Source: Candidatus Thorarchaeota archaeon SMTZ1-45 (GTDB taxonomy: Archaea > Asgardarchaeota > Thorarchaeia > Thorarchaeales > Thorarchaeaceae). From it: a stretch of 64,000 nt of DNA. The stretch's first letter is position 1. Every line of letters begins with the position of its first letter. Below, one piece after another: positions 27,861-37,358 of the stretch. Both the position numbers and the translations under genes were made by a program. The DNA is taken from assembly GCA_001563335.1 (NCBI GenBank), contig LRSL01000081.1, positions 22,637-86,636 on the forward strand, in the 5' to 3' direction. Below the pieces are notes generated by a model that was not told where the DNA came from, searched no databases, and saw only the letters and a program-made list of their open reading frames with translations.

Positions 27861-30122
27861 ATGCACCAACTTAAAACCAGCCAAAGAATTCGACGAATTT
27901 CAAGTATAGTCGACAGCTGGTTTCTTCGAGTTGGAGACAAGATTGCAAGATTTCTGATCGAATATCGCTACCTCATAGCAGTGCTGTTCATCGGGTTCAT
28001 TGTTTGGGCAATTGTCTTTAATGTCGCTGTCATTGATTATATTGATACTAACAATTGGAGAACACGAACTGCTTGGTTGGGACCTATTCCTGGACCCGGC
28101 ACGATTCAGCTCTTCGGGTTCACAATCGAATATCAACTTGAAGGATATAGTGACTACTCTTTCTACTATGTTCACTGGGGATACAATTCACTATATGGAG
28201 TGATGCCCTACTCTCCGGAGTATGGAATTCTAGAGCTGAATGGTATCACAAATGAGAATGGTGCACATATGTTTCCTCCTTTTACGTCATATCTCTATGC
28301 TTTAGGGATTGCACTGGGAAATACGCTGGGCTGGACTAATTGGGGAATCGGACTCCTAATTGCTGCATTTGGTTACTTGACAGCACTCCCCATTTATGGT
28401 ATTGCAAGTGAGTTGTCTTCAAATAAGCGAGTTGGAGAAGCAGCTGCTCTAACTTATCTACTAAATCCTTTGATGATATACCACACTGATTACTTATGGT
28501 TCAATCCTGCCCCATTTGTGTTCTTATTCTTTGCTGGATTCTACATGCTGGTGCGAGGGAAACGTCTCACCGGGACCCTTCTCATAGTGTCTGCTGCATT
28601 GTTCAAACAGACCGCTTGGTTTCTGGGAATTCCGCTCGTTGTATATCTACTAGTACGTCCTAGAGAACGAAAGACAGTAGATGCTGAACCCTCACAAGTT
28701 GATGAAATACAAACCAAGAATGATGAAAAAACTGGCGATTCCATCGAAAAAGTTCGATCTACACTACAACCCTTCATCGATTATTTCGATCTTCCGAATT
28801 TCATGGTCAGTGTTGTACTTGTGTTAGTCTTTGTAGGTGCGGTTATGTTTCCATTCATAATTACCCAACCGCATTTCTTGGACTACTGGAAACTTGCCTT
28901 AGGGTCGTTTTCTTTTGAGGGCAACTTTACTGAACCTCCTGCGTATAATATGCCAATGAGAATACAAGTTCTAGCAATTCTGGCTGGGAATGCTGAATTT
29001 GCTGAATTACTCGATACTATCCTGATATCTGGTGGTCCCCTTGGTTTTGGAGTCATATTATGTGCTGGATTAATGGTGCTTAAAGATCGGTATATTGGCG
29101 AAGAAATAACCTACCTGCGTCGTATTCTATTCATCACCTTGATTATGATGCTAATTGTAACCTTGTTTGGTCCCAGAGGCGTCTTCAAGTATTATTTCGT
29201 CATGCTAATGCCATTCTTCTCAATCTTCTCTTCTGCAAGAATGATCCGTGGGACTGGTGAACATGTTCCATTCTCAGCTTCAATGATTTGGGTACCAATC
29301 ACACTGACACTGTTGATTCTAATACCTGATCGCAATATCTATCTCGGGTTTGTATTACTAATCTTCCTAGGTTATCTCCTAGCTCCAGCAATAGATCGGT
29401 TGTATCATTACACAAAATCTCCATTCAGATTCATCAAGCGGATTATCCAACGGATTACGGAGATTTCATTCAAGTTTCTAACTCTCGTAGAATTGCCATT
29501 TGATGTTACAAGGAAACGTTACATTTCGAATATTATCACACAGAGTCTACTATTGGGTTTTGGAATCTTCTTTATCGCTTTTGGTTGGTTAACCACTCAG
29601 ATGGCAGTTGGGGTTGACATCGTCACAGGTTTAGAGGTTGTTTTGGTCTTTAGTGCTTCAATCGTTGTGGGATTCCAGCTTCTATCTCTTGCCATTAGCC
29701 TAGCTCTCAATACTGAGATAAGATTAATGTATCTGAATAAATGCATACGTGAACTCTCAATCATAATCGCAGCTATAATTTGGATCTTCGGAGTTCGGAC
29801 TTATTTTCTAAGCTGGCTGATTGATTTTGCACTCGAGAGGCAGCTGCTTGTATTCTCTAGTGTGTTCACATCTATTTGGTCTATATCACTCTTTATGGAT
29901 CAAAGCAATAGAGTCAGGATTTTGACAGATATCATGCTTCTCGCAGGCTTGGCAATTGGTTTCCTTGTTTGGTCTTCTCTAGCTAATTTTACGCTCTTCC
30001 TTCTAGGGAGCATAGCTATCTGCACAGTGTTTATCCACCTCATACTCATTTTAGTTCACTATTTTGACAAAACCGCTGCGACCCATTCAGGTACGATCAA
30101 CCCCCCTGAGCTCACGATATAG
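27861..30122 (+). CDS. Polytopic membrane glycosyltransferase, GT-C fold (GT87/PIG-M-like), with extra C-terminal TM bundle
   Basis: Acidic EGYSDY in the first external loop, MFPPF (YPP-like), LLNPL, FKQ; many hydrophobic helices. Confidence 0.7.
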   Translation: MHQLKTSQRIRRISSIVDSWFLRVGDKIARFLIEYRYLIAVLFIGFIVWAIVFNVAVIDYIDTNNWRTRTAWLGPIPGPGTIQLFGFTIEYQLEGYSDYSFYYVHWGYNSLYGVMPYSPEYGILELNGITNENGAHMFPPFTSYLYALGIALGNTLGWTNWGIGLLIAAFGYLTALPIYGIASELSSNKRVGEAAALTYLLNPLMIYHTDYLWFNPAPFVFLFFAGFYMLVRGKRLTGTLLIVSAALFKQTAWFLGIPLVVYLLVRPRERKTVDAEPSQVDEIQTKNDEKTGDSIEKVRSTLQPFIDYFDLPNFMVSVVLVLVFVGAVMFPFIITQPHFLDYWKLALGSFSFEGNFTEPPAYNMPMRIQVLAILAGNAEFAELLDTILISGGPLGFGVILCAGLMVLKDRYIGEEITYLRRILFITLIMMLIVTLFGPRGVFKYYFVMLMPFFSIFSSARMIRGTGEHVPFSASMIWVPITLTLLILIPDRNIYLGFVLLIFLGYLLAPAIDRLYHYTKSPFRFIKRIIQRITEISFKFLTLVELPFDVTRKRYISNIITQSLLLGFGIFFIAFGWLTTQMAVGVDIVTGLEVVLVFSASIVVGFQLLSLAISLALNTEIRLMYLNKCIRELSIIIAAIIWIFGVRTYFLSWLIDFALERQLLVFSSVFTSIWSISLFMDQSNRVRILTDIMLLAGLAIGFLVWSSLANFTLFLLGSIAICTVFIHLILILVHYFDKTAATHSGTINPPELTI

Positions 30123-30181
30123 AATGAAAAGCTATCCCTATTTCCTGCTTGTAGAATCTGAAAACAGAGGACTCTGTATTA

Positions 30182-31366
30182 TCATTGTTCACTAAGAGCA
30201 GCTAGGTCTGTTTCCTTTGCATCGATCTTCTTCTTTAGGTTTTTAATCTGAGCATCCAATTTTACAACCTGTTCTGCGTAGGCGTCCTCAGGCATTGCTC
30301 CTGAAGTATGTCTTTTCTCTATATGTTTCCTAAGGTCCTCGACGGATTTCATTTCTTTTCTTAGTGCTTTTAGATCCGCCTCTATTGAAGCACTCTTGTT
30401 TTCTTCTGGAGTCTTAAACTGCTTCGATGGAATCATTATTCCAAGTTGCTGCTGTGTCTTCTCTGCAAAGTCTTGGAACTGGTTTCTCAACATCTCAATA
30501 TTATTATCAACATTGGACACCTGCTCCTTCACTTTGGAAATGTCCTTTTGCAAATCAAATACTGCATTAACAAGACGCTTCATTGTTTTTTCAAACTCTA
30601 TGCTAGCAGATGAGTCTCCAGTAGTTTCTTCCTGTGGTTTCTTTTTCTCCTCTCTCTCTTGCTCTTTGACCACTGTACTTGGTTTTGCCATTTGAACATC
30701 CCCACTTAACCATCTGAATGAATTGACTGCAAATGTTGCATTTCCCTTGTGTTTGAGACCTCCTCCTTTTCTAAAGACCTCATAGCTTCCAATGCACATC
30801 ACTCTCCCTTTTCCCACCTCTGCAATAGCTATGACCGGTGCATTTCCTGGTTCAGCGGTCTCTGAAGTGATTGCTATTGGTGCAGCCTTTCCTGAAACCT
30901 TGAGGCTACATGCTGACGGGATTAGAAGGTCTAAAACATCCTCTGTCACTGGATGAGTAGCTATGTGCTTAATGATTGGCATTGTTGGGAGACCTGCATT
31001 ATTTCTGTCGTCCTTTACTGCAGTGTTCTCAAATGTGATTCCAAACTCCCCAGATATTTTAGACATATTATTCATTAGTCCACGGTCGCCACCAGAAAGA
31101 GAGAGCAGCATCAATCCCCCTCCATTCTTCACATATTTCTGCAAGACATCTATCTCCGCAGGTCTCACCTTTGAGCTATTTGGACAACCAAAAATCATCA
31201 CATCTGCATCTTTGAGGTTCTTTGCTAGAATCATGAACTCAGTATATGCCTCAACATCAAAGTCATTGTCCCGAAGCAACTGTCCAAGTTCAGAGTATGT
31301 GCTCTCTAATCTACCTCGTTCATTTTGGGTCTGATCAAAAAGGATTCTCTTTCTCCTTCCGCTCAA
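30182..31366 (-). CDS. GIFT (IFT52/GldG-like) domain protein with C-terminal coiled coil
   Basis: ILFD...E, DVMIFGCP, EI..L.KYV.NGGGL, FGI.F, HPVT, GKGRV..IG, N..F..N.F.WL; no signal peptide; TTG start after CAGGTG. Confidence 0.8.
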   Translation of the reverse strand: MSGRRKRILFDQTQNERGRLESTYSELGQLLRDNDFDVEAYTEFMILAKNLKDADVMIFGCPNSSKVRPAEIDVLQKYVKNGGGLMLLSLSGGDRGLMNNMSKISGEFGITFENTAVKDDRNNAGLPTMPIIKHIATHPVTEDVLDLLIPSACSLKVSGKAAPIAITSETAEPGNAPVIAIAEVGKGRVMCIGSYEVFRKGGGLKHKGNATFAVNSFRWLSGDVQMAKPSTVVKEQEREEKKKPQEETTGDSSASIEFEKTMKRLVNAVFDLQKDISKVKEQVSNVDNNIEMLRNQFQDFAEKTQQQLGIMIPSKQFKTPEENKSASIEADLKALRKEMKSVEDLRKHIEKRHTSGAMPEDAYAEQVVKLDAQIKNLKKKIDAKETDLAALSEQ

Positions 31367-31484
31367 ATGGATACACCTGCGACAACCGTTTTGTTATCAA
31401 GCATGACGGATGCGTTAATAGTACTTCCGTAGATGGGCTAACTGATTCGAATGTTTTATTTCAATATGATGTATCAAGACCGGT

Positions 31485-31913
31485 ATGAGCGAGGAGAACT
31501 GCATTTTCTGCAAAATCATCCGTAGGGATATGCCTTCTTCAATAATTTTCGAGGATGAACACAGCATAGCATTCATGGATGTATTTCCAGTAGCCGAAGG
31601 TCATTGTCTATTGATCCCAAAGAAACACTATGAGAACATGTTTGATGTTGACCTTGATGTTGTTGCACATCTAGCCAAGACCCTTGTAGACCTTACAAAG
31701 AGAGTACGGAAGGCCACGGGCGCAGAAGGAGTGCTCAATATTGCTGCAAATGGTGAAGGTGCTGGTCAGGATGTTCCTCATCTACACTTCCATGCAATAC
31801 CGAGGAACAAGAATTCGCCATTTGGTTTCAAGTTTCCCCCTGGCTATCGAAATTCCATGGCTCCAAGGGATAGACTTGACCATATGGCTGAGAAGATAAG
31901 GTCCTCTGTCTAA
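31485..31913 (+). CDS. hit: HIT family nucleotide hydrolase
   Basis: CIFCKI, AFMD.FP...GH.L.IPK.H, GQDVPHLHFH. Confidence 0.93.
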   Translation: MSEENCIFCKIIRRDMPSSIIFEDEHSIAFMDVFPVAEGHCLLIPKKHYENMFDVDLDVVAHLAKTLVDLTKRVRKATGAEGVLNIAANGEGAGQDVPHLHFHAIPRNKNSPFGFKFPPGYRNSMAPRDRLDHMAEKIRSSV

Positions 31914-32344
31914 TGGATGTTGAGCAGATTCAGTCCGGTCAGGTCATCATACTTCCTGGTCAGATTAATCTCTGTTTCAATAACCACTAGCTCGATAGTA
32001 ACAGAAACCTCGCAACCAATCATCAGATGACCTCCGTAGCATTTTCCGGATTCATCTGCTACAATCATGTGTGCATGAACAACAATGTTGCCCTCGTGGG
32101 ATGAGATATCCCCCATACATGATACAACCTCAACATCCTCATTTACCATGAAATGCTTATACTCAGCTGATTCTCGATGATAGTATCCTAACTTCGCCTT
32201 TGAAACAGCTCCAATCAGGGAGATTTGGCCTGACTTGATTCCATACTCCTTTGCAACTGCTTCTATAGATTCAAGTACATCTTCTCCAGGGTCCATTCGG
32301 GCGAAAATCACTCGTTTAATCTTGGTCTGAATTGAGCGCACCAT
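31910..32344 (-). CDS. PPC/DUF296 domain DNA-binding protein
   Basis: RMDPGEDV, IGAV, EVVS..G.I, HAH, GGHL motifs; start placed at MVRS. Confidence 0.88.
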   Translation of the reverse strand: MVRSIQTKIKRVIFARMDPGEDVLESIEAVAKEYGIKSGQISLIGAVSKAKLGYYHRESAEYKHFMVNEDVEVVSCMGDISSHEGNIVVHAHMIVADESGKCYGGHLMIGCEVSVTIELVVIETEINLTRKYDDLTGLNLLNIH

Positions 32345-32445
32345 ATTTGCTTTAGTGCACAACATACTAATGAAGGACTCGCATAGATGACCATAATAGG
32401 AAGTGCTTATCAGGAGTGGACCATCAAAATAAACTGTGAAATGTA

Positions 32446-35247
32446 TTGACCAAGGACGAGCAACCTGCAGATGAAAATCAATCCTCTCTTGAGGACTACT
32501 TCACACATTCTGACATAGAGTCAGATGACTCAATGAATGAGGGTTCATCGTCCGATTTTACACACAACAAATCGAATAGGAATAATCCTACATCTACGAA
32601 TGAAAATGATAGTTTTGATGACTCCACAATTGATGAAGATGAAGAAGACTCTATTGTCGATGTTTCAGTTGGAGAGCGTGACACCCCTGCAAACCTAGCA
32701 CCCTCCTTCCTCCTATCAATTGATTACTCAGGTCCTTTAAACAAAGCTGTTGCAAGGCTTTACAATCCTGACAACAAACAAGTGTATTTTTGGCTCGACA
32801 ACACTGGTCACAAACCCTATTGTTACACTGATTGGCCTATACAAGCTGTTGAATCCGTTGCAAGAAAGAATCCTGGGTTTGTAAGAGCTGAAGCAGTTGA
32901 GCTGCATGACCTTCTTAAGGACGAACCAGTGAAGATGACTAAAGTCATTGGTGATAATCCACTGGCGATAGGAGGCTCAGCTAGCTCTATTAGAAATTCA
33001 CTTGTGGATAATAATAATGTTAGTCATGCTTGGGAAGCTGCTATCCGTTATCAGTTGTGCTTCACCTATGATAGTAAGCTCGTCCCTGGGCTTATGTATA
33101 AGATAGAAAATGGAAACCTTCTCGCATATCCACCAAATGTTAATCCCCAAATTCTCGAGGAATTTAAGAAGACAGTTCAAGATGATGAGAGCCTCGAGTC
33201 GATAATCAAAGAATACTCACCCATGTTCTTCACCGAAGTTCCAGACATCAGGCGTTTGGCAGTAGATATCGAAGTTTACAGTCCTGTAGTAAACAGAATC
33301 CCTGATGCTCGAACAACAGAATATCAGGTGACTGCAATAGGTCTGTCAGACAATGAGGGATACAACAAGTGTTTCGTCTTGAAGCGTGAAGGTCATCCGG
33401 AAGGAAAGAAAGGTACAGATTTTCCAAAAGAGTTGGATATTATATACTTCAAGGATGAAGCGGAAATGCTTGTTGAGGCATTTAGAATCATCGATCAATA
33501 TCCGATAGTCCTCACTTTCGTGGGTGATACATTTGACTTGAAGTATCTCCATAATCGTGCGAAACGATTGAGGATTGACATGGATAAATACTGTCCAATC
33601 AAACTCAGAGGCAACCAAGACCCACGAAGAGAGCGTGCTAATTTAAATCGCGGAGTTCATGTTGACTTCTACAAATTCTTCACAAACCCCTCAATCAAAA
33701 TCTATGCTCTCTCTGGTGCATACCAGCGAGAGAATCTCGAAACAATAGCACAAGGCTTGCTTGGGATTGGGAAATTGGAACTGAGTAGCGACATATCTAA
33801 GTTGCCATACTATGAGCTTGCACACTATTGCTGGAAAGATGCAAATATTGTCCTGAAATTTACACAATTCGAGAATAACCTCTTGCTACGTCTCATCGTT
33901 CTCCTGATGCGTATCTCAAGAATGTCAATGGATGATGTCACAAGGTTCTACATCTCTTCATGGATTCAATCAGTTTTCAGACAGGAACATAGGTCACGTA
34001 ATTTTCTGATACCCCGGCGAGTTGACATTGATAGCATGAAACAAGCCGACGCGCAGACTGAGGCGGTCATAGGTGGCAAGGCTTTCAAGGGTGCCATTGT
34101 GATTCCGCCAGTTGCAGGAGTTCATTTCAATGCAACAGTTCTAGACTTTGCAAGCCTATACCCCACCATCATGAAGACACATAACATAAGCTATGAAACA
34201 GTAGACTGTCCGCATGAGGAGTGTAGGACCGGAACTGACAATCAAGTCCCAGAAACTGAGCATTGGACCTGTACACTGAAAAGAGGGATGATTAGCGAAA
34301 CTATAGGGTTCTTTAGAGACACTCGAGTTAAATGGTTCAAACCTAAAAGCAAGGACAAATCTCTCGATAAAAAAACACAGAATTGGTACTCTGTAGTTGA
34401 AAAAGCGCTAAAGGTTTTTGTCAATGCATCCTATGGAGTCACTGGTGCTCAGCACTTTGAACTATTTTGTATGCCAGCTGCAGAGAGTGTTACAGCGTAT
34501 GGTCGAGATGCCATAATCCGGACTAAAACGAAGGCTGAGTCGATGGGGATACGTGTTCTTTATGGAGATACTGACTCTGTTTTTCTAGACAACCCATCAG
34601 ATGAACAACAGAAAGAGCTGGTACGTTGGTCCAGAAAAGAGCTGGGAATCGACCTAGAGGTGGAGAAGACCTACAAGTATGTTGCTCTCTCTGAGCGGAA
34701 AAAGAATTACATTGGTGTATACAAAGATGGACAGGTTGAAGTCAAGGGGCTAACTGGAAAGAAACGCAATACGCCTGACTTTGCACAAGATGCTTTTCGA
34801 AAGATGCTTGATGTTCTCAGTAGAGTTGACAATCCTGAAGGGTTTGAGGTGGCAAAGGAAGAGATTCGAGAGATTGTGAATTGCGTCATTGACAGGTTGG
34901 AAGGAAAGGCTGAACCTTACGATCCGGAAGATTTGGCTTTTAGAATTCAGTTGACAAAGCCACTCCATTCTTATGATACAGATATTCCTCATGTAAGAGC
35001 AGCAAAGATGCTTGTAGAAAAGACTCAGGATCCCACAAAGGCGGCCCCTGGTACAATTGTATCGTATGTTAAAACCAAGGGCCAAGATACAGTAATACCA
35101 GTTGAGCTAGCAAAAGGCGCAAGCTATTGGATTGATAAGGATGCGTACATTGATATTTTGAAGAGTGTATTTGAACAGGTTCTCGATTCAGTCGGTCTTG
35201 ACTTTAACGAATTTCTTGGATTCACAACTCTTGACCAGTTCTTCTAA
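32446..35247 (+). CDS. polB: Family B DNA polymerase (PolB1-like)
   Basis: DNTGHKPYC, DIE (ExoI), GDTFD (ExoII), YCWKD (ExoIII), DFASLYP, KVFVNASYG, YGDTDS, KKNY.G, KGL.GKKR.TP. Confidence 0.95.
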   Translation: MTKDEQPADENQSSLEDYFTHSDIESDDSMNEGSSSDFTHNKSNRNNPTSTNENDSFDDSTIDEDEEDSIVDVSVGERDTPANLAPSFLLSIDYSGPLNKAVARLYNPDNKQVYFWLDNTGHKPYCYTDWPIQAVESVARKNPGFVRAEAVELHDLLKDEPVKMTKVIGDNPLAIGGSASSIRNSLVDNNNVSHAWEAAIRYQLCFTYDSKLVPGLMYKIENGNLLAYPPNVNPQILEEFKKTVQDDESLESIIKEYSPMFFTEVPDIRRLAVDIEVYSPVVNRIPDARTTEYQVTAIGLSDNEGYNKCFVLKREGHPEGKKGTDFPKELDIIYFKDEAEMLVEAFRIIDQYPIVLTFVGDTFDLKYLHNRAKRLRIDMDKYCPIKLRGNQDPRRERANLNRGVHVDFYKFFTNPSIKIYALSGAYQRENLETIAQGLLGIGKLELSSDISKLPYYELAHYCWKDANIVLKFTQFENNLLLRLIVLLMRISRMSMDDVTRFYISSWIQSVFRQEHRSRNFLIPRRVDIDSMKQADAQTEAVIGGKAFKGAIVIPPVAGVHFNATVLDFASLYPTIMKTHNISYETVDCPHEECRTGTDNQVPETEHWTCTLKRGMISETIGFFRDTRVKWFKPKSKDKSLDKKTQNWYSVVEKALKVFVNASYGVTGAQHFELFCMPAAESVTAYGRDAIIRTKTKAESMGIRVLYGDTDSVFLDNPSDEQQKELVRWSRKELGIDLEVEKTYKYVALSERKKNYIGVYKDGQVEVKGLTGKKRNTPDFAQDAFRKMLDVLSRVDNPEGFEVAKEEIREIVNCVIDRLEGKAEPYDPEDLAFRIQLTKPLHSYDTDIPHVRAAKMLVEKTQDPTKAAPGTIVSYVKTKGQDTVIPVELAKGASYWIDKDAYIDILKSVFEQVLDSVGLDFNEFLGFTTLDQFF

Positions 35248-35383
35248 TATTAGAATTGGGGAAGGGTCTGAATAAGAAATTCTTATAGCACCGACTTGAT
35301 ACACGCAAGCAGACCAAAAGCCAGATGCATACCGATTTCGACGGGGTACAAAGATAATGAAGGTGAATTATCGCGAGTTCTTC

Positions 35384-36391
35384 ATGCAGAAGCTACTAAT
35401 TATGTTCAAACCCGAAGACATAGAGTCGTCTGCAAAAGACTTCATTTCTACTTATGCTTCTTATATGGAAGATGTTGGAATTGTTGGTAAGGGTCCAGAT
35501 GGTTATGCTTTGTATCCCAGTAAGACTGCACCGGTTAGAGAGGAGCACACTGAATTTTTTGCTGAATGGGTCCAACTGAATGATGCCCTTGGCATACACG
35601 GAGTAGTAGGCATGGACTTCTATACGGATGGCTGGTTTGCCCGTGATCCGAAGTATCAGACAATGAATGACAAAGCCGTCAAGATGGAACATCAAATTTG
35701 CCCCAATCGCAAAGAATTCTGGCAATATGGCGCTGAGATTGTAAAGGAGATTGGTTCATATCCGATTAACGAAATCCTTCTTTTTGGCACTGGCTTTATC
35801 CGTGACCACTTTTGCTTCTGCGATCGTTGTCGAGCAGAATTTGCTCCAATGATTGACAATGAACCAAATCGTCTTAGCTATGCCCTGCTCGTTGAGAACG
35901 AGGAATATCACGAGAAGTGGCATCAATTTCGTAGTAACAAAGTCCATGAAGGGCTGCAACATCTAAAAGATGCCGCCACTGAGTCTGATGAAGCAACAGG
36001 TCGAGAACATCCTTTGAAACTCTCTGTTGAAGTTCTACTTGACCCAGAAACTGGACTTGCAGATGGAGCTCGAAATGAATATGGTTATGATTACGCTAGA
36101 ATTGGCGAGATCACAAAGAATGTGCTGATTAACCTGTTTCCATGGTCTCCAATACTACCATCTAAGGGAAGTTCGGAGTACAGCGAACTTGTGGAATCCC
36201 TCTATTTTGTCAATGAATTCACAAGACGCGGTGGCAGAGCTTCTCTATTCCGCTGGGGTGTCACAACAATTGAACAACTGCAGGAATTGAAAGCACTGGG
36301 AAAGGATGTAGGAATTGATCGAATTGTGAGTACATTCCATTATCCTTCTGACTATTCTCGTCGACGTGAAAGTGCTATTGGAAACTACTAG
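35384..36391 (+). CDS. TIM-barrel glycoside hydrolase-like protein (GHL10/DUF187-like), catalytic acid apparently absent
   Basis: K...GYALYPSK, ICPN, CFCDRC...F, W..FR pattern; start 35357 or 35384. Confidence 0.6.
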   Translation: MQKLLIMFKPEDIESSAKDFISTYASYMEDVGIVGKGPDGYALYPSKTAPVREEHTEFFAEWVQLNDALGIHGVVGMDFYTDGWFARDPKYQTMNDKAVKMEHQICPNRKEFWQYGAEIVKEIGSYPINEILLFGTGFIRDHFCFCDRCRAEFAPMIDNEPNRLSYALLVENEEYHEKWHQFRSNKVHEGLQHLKDAATESDEATGREHPLKLSVEVLLDPETGLADGARNEYGYDYARIGEITKNVLINLFPWSPILPSKGSSEYSELVESLYFVNEFTRRGGRASLFRWGVTTIEQLQELKALGKDVGIDRIVSTFHYPSDYSRRRESAIGNY

Positions 36392-36394
36392 AAC

Positions 36395-37219
36395 TCATTG
36401 TCTTGCGCTGCAGTATGGACATACTCTATTATCTGCTCTGATGCTTCGCCCGCATGAAAAGCAAAAGCTATAGTCATCCTTGTGTCCTCGGGAATCATCT
36501 ATAAATGGACTGAGTTCCCCCTGAGAGAATAATGCGCCTATTCCTTCAATCGACTCATCAGGTTGATTGTTACACGTTTTGCAATCTTCCTCATCAGAGA
36601 ATATCCTGCTATCTCCCTGATAGCGATAGGTTTCTGCTGATTGCCCTGATTCATCCCGCCATGATCCAGAACGATCTCCATACTCAGCAGCCAATGACTT
36701 CATAGTCCTATCCAAGCATTCGAAGTCCTCTCTATAATCATCAGTCCCATAACCTGGATCAGAAACTGGACGATTTGCTAATCTCTCTCTCGGAACCTGC
36801 TGTTGCCAGCTTGGATCAAGATTTGATAATCCTCTAGCTGTTTCAACAAACTTGACGTGAGAATCCCCTTTCAATTGCTCATACTCATCTAATGTGAGTC
36901 CGAGAATCTCCAGAGCTCTATCTCTCTCAGCACATCTCTTTGACAATGGACAACAGTATGCAAGACTTCCATGACACAGAGATGCCATTGCTCTATCTTG
37001 ACGTGATTTGAAAATTGGTGAGATCCGCCTATTTCCGAGTACAAGTGAATCACCAACAGCTCTCAGTTCAGTATATCCACTCTGTGCAAGAGCTTCAACT
37101 ATCTCTCGAGCTGGGTATGACCGCCCCTCTATGATAATGTGTCCTTCGGTCTTGTCAAGTCGTACTAACCGTTCAGTGCTCTTATTTCCATCATAGCTGG
37201 AGTACCTCGTATGTGCCAC
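36395..37219 (-). CDS. Cys-rich hypothetical protein: methanogenesis-marker-9-like module plus C-terminal zinc ribbon
   Basis: CHGSLAYCCPLSKRC..RD.AL..LGL...EY..LK; CKTC; CFSC-x10-CPYC. Confidence 0.7.
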   Translation of the reverse strand: MAHTRYSSYDGNKSTERLVRLDKTEGHIIIEGRSYPAREIVEALAQSGYTELRAVGDSLVLGNRRISPIFKSRQDRAMASLCHGSLAYCCPLSKRCAERDRALEILGLTLDEYEQLKGDSHVKFVETARGLSNLDPSWQQQVPRERLANRPVSDPGYGTDDYREDFECLDRTMKSLAAEYGDRSGSWRDESGQSAETYRYQGDSRIFSDEEDCKTCNNQPDESIEGIGALFSQGELSPFIDDSRGHKDDYSFCFSCGRSIRADNRVCPYCSARQ

Positions 37220-37358
37220 CTCTAATAATTTTGATAAGATGTCATGCGGTCATGCCATCAGAGCAATACAGGTGTATGTATTATCTGGGTCTGACGCGGG
37301 ATAGTTATATACTGGACTTACAACAAACATTAGAAGTTCTCTAGGAGGACAATTAGAA

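Noticed and set aside
35242-35286. AT-rich palindromes TTCTAATATTAGAA and ATAAGAAATTCTTAT after polB
   Set aside because: Short and AT-only; could be chance or terminator/promoter elements, so insufficient support
37238-37259. Imperfect inverted repeat GATGTCATG-N4-CATGCCATC in a divergent promoter
   Set aside because: Single imperfect instance with no second copy found
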